Shown here piece by piece: positions 15,651 through 23,430 of a stretch of 32,137 nt of DNA. Position 1 is the first letter of the stretch. Every line of letters begins with the position of its first letter. The notes beneath the pieces were generated by a model. The model made no database searches and was not told the DNA's origin. It worked only from the letters and a program-made list of their open reading frames with translations. The position numbers and the translations under genes were made by a program. The stretch covers positions 1-32,137 of the IMG/VR virus record IMGVR_UViG_3300037424_000884, one strand, 5' to 3'. This stretch comes from a virus (taxonomy: Duplodnaviria > Caudoviricetes).

Positions 15651-15696
15651 TCAATTCAAGCCCCTGCGCAAGCGGGCGGCTTCGATGGACCAACCC
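15644..15696 (+). repeat. Intergenic hairpin repeat, copy A
   Basis: 53 bp, 51/53 identical to 18096-18148. Confidence 0.9.
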
Positions 15697-15723
15697 TTAC
15701 ACCTACCAACCGAAGGAGGAAGC

Positions 15724-15960
15724 ATGGCACATATCGTCTATTCGATCCGCGGCGCTGCACCGCGCGAAATCAAGGTCCCCACCGTCACCGAAGCCCGGCA
15801 CCGCTTCTGGCTTAAGGGTGGGAAGTTGGAGCAGTTCGTGATGGAGCTCGGCGAGCTGCAGGGCGCTGCACGGTATTGCCGCGAGTGCTTCAGCTACTCC
15901 GGCGCGGTCACGCACCTGGCGCTGCACGACGGCGGTGGCCCGCTGCAGCGTTTTATCTGA
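15724..15960 (+). CDS. Hypothetical protein (78 aa)
   Basis: AAGGAGG RBS before ATG 15724. Confidence 0.65.
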   Translation: MAHIVYSIRGAAPREIKVPTVTEARHRFWLKGGKLEQFVMELGELQGAARYCRECFSYSGAVTHLALHDGGGPLQRFI

Positions 15961-15973
15961 GGAGGCCCACAGC

Positions 15974-16228
15974 ATGCTAATCGCCAACCGCCACCGTAAC
16001 GTCGCACTGCTCGCGAAGCAGGGGCGCACCTACACCCACGTCGTTATCCTCACCGCCCACGGGCTCGAGGCGACGAAGCTGACCGAGGACCAGCTGGTCA
16101 GCGACTGGGGCCAGGTCGTCGCATACACCCCGGAGCGCGCCGTCGAGCGCTTCCAGCAACTCGCAACCAGCATCGGCGCAACCGAGGGGGCACGTCGCCT
16201 GCTCGAGCACGCCTCCTGCAACGGCTGA
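15974..16228 (+). CDS. Hypothetical protein, apparent paralog of 24500-24763
   Basis: GGAGG RBS; shared QG, T.L..Q, W....Y..ERA and ARR.L pattern. Confidence 0.65.
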   Translation: MLIANRHRNVALLAKQGRTYTHVVILTAHGLEATKLTEDQLVSDWGQVVAYTPERAVERFQQLATSIGATEGARRLLEHASCNG

Positions 16229-16272
16229 TCAAGTCGAGCACCTGGCCACGCGCCGGGTGTTCCGCTGGACCT
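16226..16272 (+). repeat. Intergenic hairpin repeat, divergent copy B
   Basis: TGATCAAG-TC-GAGCACCTGGC-loop-GCCGGGTGTTC-CG-CTGGACC. Confidence 0.7.
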
Positions 16273-16285
16273 GTCAAAAATAGTC

Positions 16286-16324
16286 CTTGCGCCATGCACG
16301 CGATGCGTGTATTCTGGAAACCAG
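16286..16324 (+). promoter_or_regulatory. Sigma70-like early promoter, copy 2
   Basis: TTGCGC-N17-TATTCT-GGAAACCAG; spacer contains the palindrome CACGC-gat-GCGTG. Confidence 0.65.
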
Positions 16325-16358
16325 CAGCACACATCAACCACCTGAAGAGGAGAGCACC

Positions 16359-16886
16359 ATGACCACCGAAACCGCCCAACCCGCCGAGAGCAACGCAGAG
16401 CAGCAAGCCCGCCTGCAACTTGAATCCATCCGCGAGATGCTCGCCGCCGTGGCGGTCGACTATGACCGGCTGGAGGAACTGCGCGAGGAAAAAGCGGACG
16501 CCGACGACGACACCAGCGCCGTCAGCTGGGCAGAAGAGAACCCCGACGAAGCCGCCGAGCTGGCCGAACTCGAAGCCGCAGCCGGCGACTGCAAGGACCA
16601 GGACGAAGCCGAGCAGCGCATCTACGAAGACCCGCTAAGCGTCCAGGTCCGGGGAGGCTGGTACACCCCCGGCGAAGAGAAGCCAGACCCCGAGGAGTTC
16701 GAAATTCTCCTCTGCACCGGCGGCCCTGCCGTGCGCATCCTCGGCGAGCTGGGCGAGGGCAACGAGCCCACCCGCGCCTGGCTCGAGTATCAGGACTGGG
16801 GCACGCCTTGGCAAACGCTGTACTTAGGGGATGATGCTTCTAAAGCACTGCTGGACTACGCGGGGCATTTTTACTTTGGGGAGTGA
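16359..16886 (+). CDS. Highly acidic conserved phage protein
   Basis: GAGGAG RBS; Glu/Asp-rich; EILLCTGGPAVRI...YQDWGTPW core. Confidence 0.75.
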   Translation: MTTETAQPAESNAEQQARLQLESIREMLAAVAVDYDRLEELREEKADADDDTSAVSWAEENPDEAAELAELEAAAGDCKDQDEAEQRIYEDPLSVQVRGGWYTPGEEKPDPEEFEILLCTGGPAVRILGELGEGNEPTRAWLEYQDWGTPWQTLYLGDDASKALLDYAGHFYFGE

Positions 16887-16890
16887 AGAC

Positions 16891-17610
16891 TTGGGCCACC
16901 TCTACATGTTGATGTTTAATAACGGTAAATCGTACATCGGGGTCACCCGAAAGACCCCGGAGGGAAGGTTCCGGCAACACGCCAAGCGCGCGGGAACAGG
17001 GTCGTGCCGGGCGCTTAGCGCCGCTTGGAAAGAGCTCGGCGCCCCAGAGCTGACGGTGTTGGCGGAGGTAGTGGACGACGAACTACACGCCGCGGAGGTC
17101 TTGGCTATTGACATCTTCGAGACCATGCACCCCAAAGGCTACAACCTGACGGCAGGGGGCATAGGCGGTCCGGTATCTGACGACACAAAACGGACACTCA
17201 GCGCGCAGCGACGTGCAGACCCTAAGCTGCGGGAGTCCATGCGCAAGCTGCACGAAGGCAACACGGGCCGCGAGCACACCGAGGCCTCGCGCAAGAACAT
17301 GTCCGCAGCGCAAAAAGGGAGAGAGGTAACGGAAGCCGCGCGGGAGAAAGCCCGTGCCACCCTTCGGGCTAAACCGGACTACATCGAGACGTGCGAAAAG
17401 CTGCACACCTACAGCTCGACCCTAGTGCACACGCAAGCGACAAAAGACCAGATACGCCGCACGCTGCTTTCCCGCCCGGACCACGAAGCCCACGCCGCCA
17501 AGCTGCGGACACTGCGCACGGGGAGCGTTACGTCGGAGGCGACAAGAGCCAAGCAGCGCGCGAGTGCCCTGGCCCGGGCGGCACGCAAGCGGCGGGACAA
17601 CGGCGAGTGA
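16891..17610 (+). CDS. GIY-YIG homing endonuclease with NUMOD3-like repeats
   Basis: GHLY...GKSYIG.T...R..QH, E, GYN...GG, then HTEASRKNMS/HTQATKDQI/SEATRAKQ repeats. TTG start at 16891 after GGGGAG. Confidence 0.85.
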   Translation: MGHLYMLMFNNGKSYIGVTRKTPEGRFRQHAKRAGTGSCRALSAAWKELGAPELTVLAEVVDDELHAAEVLAIDIFETMHPKGYNLTAGGIGGPVSDDTKRTLSAQRRADPKLRESMRKLHEGNTGREHTEASRKNMSAAQKGREVTEAAREKARATLRAKPDYIETCEKLHTYSSTLVHTQATKDQIRRTLLSRPDHEAHAAKLRTLRTGSVTSEATRAKQRASALARAARKRRDNGE

Positions 17611-17655
17611 TCAATCCGGTGCCCTTGGCAACAGGGGCACCCAGTGGATCAACCC
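17608..17655 (+). repeat. Intergenic hairpin repeat, divergent copy C
   Basis: TGATCAAT-CC-GGTGCCCTTG-GCAA-CAGGGGCACC-CA-GTGGATCAACCC. Confidence 0.8.
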
Positions 17656-17682
17656 CGCAACACTCAACGAGAGGAGAGCACC

Positions 17683-18102
17683 ATGGAAGCATACCAGGCG
17701 AAAGACATCGAACGGGTGGAAGTGATGGCACGCCACTACATCATCGCCGCGATATGGGCAGACGCCCCGGAAGGGACACACCCCCGCGCCACCAAGCAGG
17801 CGATGGGCGCCGCGCACCGGGACTGCCTGACGTTCTGCCACCAAGCGGGGCCTGATCTGCTGCGCGAGGTTATGCGCGCTCATGCCGACGGGTACGGCGC
17901 GCACCCGGACTGCGGAACGGAGCACCCGGTGTTCGCAGCCATGGGTCACGACCTGTGGCTGACTCGCAACGGACATGGGGTCGGTTTTTGGGATCGTGAT
18001 GCGTTGAAGGAAGGCGACTTGGGGGACCGCCGGAGTGACGTAGCCCGCGCAATGGGCGCCCACGAGCCCGAGTTCTATCGCGGATGGCTGTATCTGAGCT
18101 GA
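17683..18102 (+). CDS. Conserved hypothetical phage protein
   Basis: GHDLWLTRNGHGVGFWDR motif; GAGGAGAGCACCATG start context identical to that of 16359. Confidence 0.75.
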   Translation: MEAYQAKDIERVEVMARHYIIAAIWADAPEGTHPRATKQAMGAAHRDCLTFCHQAGPDLLREVMRAHADGYGAHPDCGTEHPVFAAMGHDLWLTRNGHGVGFWDRDALKEGDLGDRRSDVARAMGAHEPEFYRGWLYLS

Positions 18103-18148
18103 TCAATTCAAGCCCCTGCGCAAGCGGGTGGCTTCGATGGATCAACCC
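18096..18148 (+). repeat. Intergenic hairpin repeat, copy D
   Basis: 51/53 identical to 15644-15696. Confidence 0.9.
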
Positions 18149-18163
18149 CAAGGAGCAAAACCC

Positions 18164-18379
18164 GTGACGAAACCCCAGCAAAGCCCCAGCACCCCGACCC
18201 CTGCCTCGATCAAAGAGGCCAGGGTCAAGGCGCAACTCACCCAGACCCAGGCAGCAGCGGTCGTACACTGCACGCTGCGCGCCTGGCAGGGATGGGAAGC
18301 CCCCACCGGCGCCCCCGGACACCGCGACATGCCCCCAGGCCTCTGGGAGCTGTTCTTGATCAAGACCAAAGGAGAATGA
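18164..18379 (+). CDS. Small XRE-family HTH regulator
   Basis: IKEARVKAQLTQTQAAAVVHCTLRAWQGWE; AAGGAG RBS before GTG. Confidence 0.8.
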   Translation: MTKPQQSPSTPTPASIKEARVKAQLTQTQAAAVVHCTLRAWQGWEAPTGAPGHRDMPPGLWELFLIKTKGE

Positions 18380-18501
18380 GAGATGGACTTCACCATGAAC
18401 GAAGACGACGAGCAACTGCTCCGCGCGATGCACCGGGCAGGCAGGGCGTACTGACCCCAGCCCTGGATTTTCCGCTACACTGCAACCAAGGAGGAACCCG
18501 G

Positions 18502-18798
18502 ATGCTGATCGAAAAGCTAAAGAATTTCAGTGAAACAAGACCCCGGCTGTCTCTCGCGGGGCTTGTGTTGGCAACGGGGGCGGGGTGGTTTTGGGCCGGT
18601 CTAGACCCTCTGAGCAGTGCCGTCCTGGGGCTTATCACCCTCAGCATTGCGCACGGGGTCTGGACCGAGATATCCGGCGCCAGGGCCTGGGTCCTGCGCT
18701 ACACCCGTGGCGAACCGGTGGACACAGGCCCAGTCGTATACTGGGTCGACCGGCTGCTCGTCGCGGGCGTCCTGCTCACCCTCTACCACTACCTCTAG
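18502..18798 (+). CDS. Membrane protein with about three TM segments
   Basis: AAGGAGG RBS; three hydrophobic stretches. Confidence 0.65.
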   Translation: MLIEKLKNFSETRPRLSLAGLVLATGAGWFWAGLDPLSSAVLGLITLSIAHGVWTEISGARAWVLRYTRGEPVDTGPVVYWVDRLLVAGVLLTLYHYL

Positions 18799-18813
18799 CC
18801 CCCAGAAACAACG

Positions 18814-18839
18814 AAGCCCGCATCGCTGCGGGCTTTTTT
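18814..18839 (+). terminator. Rho-independent terminator between convergent operons
   Basis: AAGCCCGCA-TCGC-TGCGGGCTT-TTTT. Confidence 0.8.
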
Positions 18840-18857
18840 ACGTCTGGCTTTTGCGGA

Positions 18858-19100
18858 TCAGGGTTTCATAGCGGTCTCCTTCTGCTGTTGAATCTGCTGG
18901 GCCTTTTGAGCGGAGGCTTCCAGCTCCGTCACCCGGCGGCGGTACTTCTCGAACGCATCAGCCAGGTGCAGCCGCGCGTCGCGCACCTTGTCCTCTGAAT
19001 GCCCCCACGGGTTCCGCACGATGTGCAGCCAGTAGTCCTCGTTGGTCACTGCCGTTTCACTGGCCCCATAAAAACCCTGCTCCTTGCTGCACATCGTCAA
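18858..19100 (-). CDS. Hypothetical protein
   Basis: Start overlaps the primase stop; GGAGG RBS. Confidence 0.6.
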   Translation of the reverse strand: MTMCSKEQGFYGASETAVTNEDYWLHIVRNPWGHSEDKVRDARLHLADAFEKYRRRVTELEASAQKAQQIQQQKETAMKP

Positions 19101-22100
19101 TCCTCCTTGGTTCCAAACTCGGGATACACCACCTTGCCGGAACCCATAAACGTCGCTTCCACCTCGGCGACCTGCTCCGGCTCGACCAGCACCAGCACCG
19201 TGCCCTTGACCTTCTGCCGCGGCGCCAGGCGACCTTTCTCCGGGTTCGTGGCGTAGTAGGGCACGCCGTCACGCAACGCGCGCGTCGCCTCCTCGCCGCC
19301 GCCGCACAGCAGGCTGGAAATCTGGCCCGCCTTGTGGTTGATCATCGCGGCCTCGCTGCGGTCCTTGGTCGCGTTCACCCAGGTCTTCACCAGCGCCTGG
19401 GTCTTCGACAGCACCACCAGGATCGCCGGGTCGGTCTCGGCCTGCTTCTTCGCCAGTGCGCCCTTCACCACCTCGATGCTGCGATCCAGCGCCGACTTCA
19501 GCGCCGGCTGCAGGTTGTCCAGACGCCCGTGACGCTGCAGCGGCATGCCCTGGCCCCGGCGCGCCCAATCGAGCACCAGGCCCGTCAGCTCGTCGGCCAT
19601 CTCCGGCAGGTTGTCACCCAGCAGCGCGTAGCGGGTGCCGATGCCGTGGTCGCCGTGGAACTGGCGCAGCCACTCGTCACCGGCCTTGCTGGCGCCCAGC
19701 ACGCCCAGCGCACGCATCGCCTCGACGCCTGTGTTGAGGCGCACGGCCGCGTAGTTGGCCAGCACCGTGCGATAGGCCGCCTTGCCGTACAGCACGAACA
19801 GCGGCAGGTCGTCCACGCTGCGCGCGCCGTCCTCCACCTCGTGGATCGCGAAGCGGTCGGCGAACTGCTGCTCGACCCCGTCCGCACCCACCAGGCTGTC
19901 CACGCCCTCGGCCGAGAGGAACAGCTTCACGAACACCTCGCACTTGAAGCGCAGCTGGTTTTTCGGCGCCGCCGTGATGCTGTTGTTCAGCTGCTTCAGC
20001 TCACCCTTCACCGCCTTGAACTCGTCAAACGCCAGGCACCAGGCACGCACCACATCGCTCGCCTGGATCGCACTCGGGTTGCCCTCGAAAGCGCGCTCGA
20101 CGTCCTTCACGTTCATCTCGGTCACCAGCTTCAGCCCGTCCTTGCCGAGCACGCCGTCGAGCAGGAAGCCCTTACCCCAGCCGGCCATGCATTTCATCCA
20201 GAGGAAGGCCTGGCGGCGGTCGGTGGCAAAGCGGGCATGCAGGAACAGGTCCAGCACCGTATCGAAGAAGGGGAAGTGCTCGCGGTACTCGGCGACGATC
20301 GCCGCCTCGGCGCCCTCGGGCAGCTCGATCGCACGCACCGGGAACGCCTCGTGGGCATAGGTCACCGCAGCCGCGGTCGGGGTCAGGGTCACCGTCGCCT
20401 TGTTCGCGAACATGTCCACCCGGTACTGCAGTTCCCCGCGCTGGCGGTACAGCTTGACGTGGTTCGAGAACACCTCCCACGCCTGTTTGCGCAGCTCCTC
20501 GGCCACTTTTGCCGCCGGCGTGTTGGTTTCCATCCCGAGGCGCGCCGCAGCAGCATCCAGCTTGTCCGCATCCAGTATCTGGCCGAACGTCGCCGCCACC
20601 ATCGAGCCCCAGTCGGCCTGTGCAAACTGCACCAGGTCACCGGCCTTGTTCATCAGGTACAGCTTGGCCTGGTTCGGGTTGAAGAAGCAGCCGCGCCAGG
20701 CAGCGGTCAGTACCGGGCCGTCGATCACCTCGGCGATCTCGTCGTCGGTCAAGCCCAGGAAGTGCAGCACCCCCTTCAGCTTCTTGCCCATCGCCTTGCC
20801 CCAGCGCTCGTCCTCGCTCTTGACCGGCGCCAGCACCGCAGCGGGTGCCGGGATGCCGAGGTCGCTCATGTCTGCAGCAGGGGAGGGGTGCACGTCGTCC
20901 GCATCAACCTCGGGGCCATCCTGTCCGAACGGGTTGTCGTTGTCTGGCCCGTTGTCCAGTTCAGCCTGCACCTCGGGCAGCGCGCGGGCGAACTTGCGCA
21001 TCGCCTCGTCGCTCGGGTAGTCGGTCGCCTTCACCCAGGCCCAGCGATCGTCCTCGGGCACCGCCTCGTCGAGCTCGCCGAACTTGTAGATGCGCGCCAA
21101 GTCGTAGGCGTTGAGCGGCTGGTTGATCGTGTCCAACGGCGCCGTGTTGTGGGTGTTGGTGAGGTGCGTGCCCTCGTCGTTGATGAAGGCCCCCTCGGCC
21201 GCGCCGTTGCCGTCCAGCCAGGTGTAGCGGCGTTCGGTGATGCGCTCGAAGCTCCCCGGGAACCACTCCGCCATCAGCACATCCTCGACGCTGAAAGCGC
21301 GACAGAACGCGCCCACCAGGCCCGGCTTCTGGCGCGGATCGCCGTAGCCGGCGCCCTCGCGATCACCGCCCGCGGTGCCGCGGTAATTCAGCAGCGCAAC
21401 GGCCAGCGCGCCTTCGTTGATCTCCAGCGGCACCGAGTCGCCGAACAGGCCCGGGTACACCCCGCCACGCACGGCCAGCGGGTCGATCACGCCGGGGGCC
21501 ATCACCGGGTCCGCCGTGTAGTGCGCCTGCACCACGTTCATCGGCGCGCGGTCCACCGGCAGCTTGGTCATCGTCACCCAGGCGTGCGCCTCGGGTGAGG
21601 TCAGCGCGCGGTCCAGCCAGAACCACAAGTGCGCCCGCAGCGTGCCTCGTTTGCTGGGGTGGCCGGCACTCGAGGACAGCTGCCAGTAGAAACTGATCTC
21701 CCAGAATTCCTTCGGCAGGTTGAAGCGTATCCATTCCTGGATCGCCTCCAGCGGCTCCTCGTCGGGGTCGGCCAGTAGCGGCACGTACTTGTCGACGTCG
21801 AGCATGATCCAGTGCCGTGCCGGGTCGGTGAAGTACGCCACCTGGCGCAGCACCAGCCGGCCCTTGCGCTCGCCGTCGGGATCAGACACCTGCGCAGCCA
21901 GCTCGTGGCCGATGTACTCGCCGCGGATCACGCAGCTGGTCGGACGAGAGGCGAGTTGCGCGAGCACCTGCGCCACGTCGAAAATGTTCGCTACCGGGAA
22001 AGCCTCGAGCGTGTGTTGCTTCGCACGCCCGTGCCCTTCGATTTCGCCGTCGGCGAGCCAACGCTTGGTAAGAAGCGGGCCGCGGCTGGTCAGGACGCTG

Positions 22101-22129
22101 ATACTGTCTTGATCCCTTGTGATTGTCAT
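19097..22129 (-). CDS. Primase-helicase fusion (AEP-like primase, VapE/VirE-like linker, P-loop helicase)
   Basis: IMLDVD...QLSSSAG...AHLWFW primase-like motifs; DPRQKPGLVGAFCRA; Walker A-like AGWGKG and Walker B LAFDE. Confidence 0.75.
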   Translation of the reverse strand: MTITRDQDSISVLTSRGPLLTKRWLADGEIEGHGRAKQHTLEAFPVANIFDVAQVLAQLASRPTSCVIRGEYIGHELAAQVSDPDGERKGRLVLRQVAYFTDPARHWIMLDVDKYVPLLADPDEEPLEAIQEWIRFNLPKEFWEISFYWQLSSSAGHPSKRGTLRAHLWFWLDRALTSPEAHAWVTMTKLPVDRAPMNVVQAHYTADPVMAPGVIDPLAVRGGVYPGLFGDSVPLEINEGALAVALLNYRGTAGGDREGAGYGDPRQKPGLVGAFCRAFSVEDVLMAEWFPGSFERITERRYTWLDGNGAAEGAFINDEGTHLTNTHNTAPLDTINQPLNAYDLARIYKFGELDEAVPEDDRWAWVKATDYPSDEAMRKFARALPEVQAELDNGPDNDNPFGQDGPEVDADDVHPSPAADMSDLGIPAPAAVLAPVKSEDERWGKAMGKKLKGVLHFLGLTDDEIAEVIDGPVLTAAWRGCFFNPNQAKLYLMNKAGDLVQFAQADWGSMVAATFGQILDADKLDAAAARLGMETNTPAAKVAEELRKQAWEVFSNHVKLYRQRGELQYRVDMFANKATVTLTPTAAAVTYAHEAFPVRAIELPEGAEAAIVAEYREHFPFFDTVLDLFLHARFATDRRQAFLWMKCMAGWGKGFLLDGVLGKDGLKLVTEMNVKDVERAFEGNPSAIQASDVVRAWCLAFDEFKAVKGELKQLNNSITAAPKNQLRFKCEVFVKLFLSAEGVDSLVGADGVEQQFADRFAIHEVEDGARSVDDLPLFVLYGKAAYRTVLANYAAVRLNTGVEAMRALGVLGASKAGDEWLRQFHGDHGIGTRYALLGDNLPEMADELTGLVLDWARRGQGMPLQRHGRLDNLQPALKSALDRSIEVVKGALAKKQAETDPAILVVLSKTQALVKTWVNATKDRSEAAMINHKAGQISSLLCGGGEEATRALRDGVPYYATNPEKGRLAPRQKVKGTVLVLVEPEQVAEVEATFMGSGKVVYPEFGTKED

Positions 22130-22210
22130 GTATCGTAAACCCCAGATAGTGTGGTTCTTGAGCCCCGGCAGACGTCCTAGCGTCCCCGGGGCTTCTTTTC
22201 GCCCAAGTAA

Positions 22211-22235
22211 CTTGTAGCGTACAGCAGTTACTTGT
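22211..22235 (-). promoter_or_regulatory. ACAAG-N15-ACAAG element upstream of the primase gene
   Basis: CTTGT at 22211-22215 and 22231-22235. Confidence 0.55.
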
Positions 22236-22250
22236 AGTGCGGCACGCGGC

Positions 22251-22499
22251 TTAGTTGAGCAGTTCGCGCAGCTTGGGCGACAGCAGGCGCTGGAAAGGCA
22301 CCCCGGTGATCTCGGCGATCTCCTTCGCGCGGTCCTTCGGCGCGTAGCCCTGGCGTACCCACTGGCTCACGGCCTGTTGGGAGGGGTGGGGTTTTTCCGG
22401 GAAGCGGCTTTCCAGCCGCGCGGCAAGGTGCATCTGGCTACCGGCTTTGCTCACAGCCTGCTCGATGCCGGTGGGGGAGGGGTTCGGGGTACGGGTCAT
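22251..22499 (-). CDS. cro: Cro/YdaS-like HTH regulator
   Basis: IEQAVSKAGSQMHLAARL...SQQAVSQWVRQG..P..RA..IAEITGV; divergent from the cI-like gene. Confidence 0.8.
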   Translation of the reverse strand: MTRTPNPSPTGIEQAVSKAGSQMHLAARLESRFPEKPHPSQQAVSQWVRQGYAPKDRAKEIAEITGVPFQRLLSPKLRELLN

Positions 22500-22527
22500 T
22501 GTCGTGTCTTCGCTAAAGGGTCCGGCT

Positions 22528-22591
22528 ACAAGCGCCTACTTTACCAGCGCTTCGCAACTTGACAAGTCGAGAAAGACAAGACTATACTTGT
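22528..22591. promoter_or_regulatory. Immunity-region operators and divergent promoters
   Basis: ACAAG-actata-CTTGT (22576-22591), ACAAG-cgccta-CTTTA (22528-22543), TTGACA at 22559 with TATACT at 22583. Confidence 0.7.
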
Positions 22592-22652
22592 GGGATGATG
22601 GACGAAGCTGTCCGGAAGCACCCCGAACAACACCGGCTACGGAGAGAGAGCC

Positions 22653-23405
22653 ATGGAACTTGACTCAGGATTCAAAGATCGCCTCAAGTGGGCGATGAAC
22701 CACAAGCAGACCAACCAGTCCGAACTGGCGCGCGAAATCGCGGTTCGCGTCAAAGGCACTTGCAGCCCCCAAGCGATCCAGCAGTGGTGCTCCGGCGCCA
22801 CGCTCAACCCGCGGCGGGAACACCTACGCGCCTCCGCCGAGTTCATGGGGGTGCGCTACGAGTGGCTTGCCTACGGTCGCGGCCCGATGCGCGAGATCGA
22901 CACCGTGCCCTCGCCGGTCAAAACCGGAACCGCCTCCGCGGAGACGGCGCTGCTCTCGCACGAGTGGGAAGAGGCCCTGCTCGCCGCGCTGCCGGACAGC
23001 GCGCGCAGCCACTGGCAGCTGAAGTTCCCACACCCCGCAGGCAGCGCGCAGATGCGCGTCAGCTGGGTCTCCGACGCGCTGCTCGCCGAGCTCGGGCTCT
23101 ACAAACACAGCGGGAACCTGATCCACAACGCACGTCAGCTGCTGTGGCACCTGGCCGTCGCGCGCGAAGTCGTGCCTCCGCTCGCCGGACGGCGTACCGT
23201 GCTGCTGCTGGCCCCGCTCGACGACTGGACCGAAGTGCCGGAGCGCCACATCGACGCCCTGCGTGCCGAGGCACGGGCGAACGGGATCGAACTGATCCAC
23301 GTCGCCACCCCCGAGCAGGCCGCCGGCGTGCTGCTGGGGCAGACCGCGGCCCCGCACATCCCGCTGGCAGATGACCTCGGCCTCGACGTCAGCCCGGTGC
23401 TGTAG
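22653..23405 (+). CDS. cI: CI-like repressor with atypical C-terminal domain
   Basis: FKDRLKWAM...NQSELAREI...SPQAIQQW...LGV-like MGVRYEWLAYGRGPM. No S24 peptidase motifs (GDSM, catalytic Lys) visible. Confidence 0.75.
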   Translation: MELDSGFKDRLKWAMNHKQTNQSELAREIAVRVKGTCSPQAIQQWCSGATLNPRREHLRASAEFMGVRYEWLAYGRGPMREIDTVPSPVKTGTASAETALLSHEWEEALLAALPDSARSHWQLKFPHPAGSAQMRVSWVSDALLAELGLYKHSGNLIHNARQLLWHLAVAREVVPPLAGRRTVLLLAPLDDWTEVPERHIDALRAEARANGIELIHVATPEQAAGVLLGQTAAPHIPLADDLGLDVSPVL

Positions 23406-23430
23406 GCTACCCGCAGCAAAAGCGGGTAGC
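23406..23430. terminator. Hairpin after cI, possible terminator
   Basis: GCTACCCGC-AGCAAAA-GCGGGTAGC; no U-tract on the plus strand. Confidence 0.45.

Noticed and set aside
15644-18148. CRISPR array or integron attC sites as the explanation of the hairpin repeats
   Set aside because: Repeats are separated by whole genes rather than 30-40-bp spacers, lack the RYYYAAC/GTTRRRY cores, and no cas or integron integrase gene is in the window.
18383-18454. 23-aa ORF MDFTMNEDDEQLLRAMHRAGRAY
   Set aside because: Plausible RBS, but too short to support without conservation data.
19097-22129. Intein explaining the 1010-aa length of the primase-helicase
   Set aside because: No C/S...HN splice motifs or LAGLIDADG blocks seen; the length is explained by multiple domains and an acidic linker.
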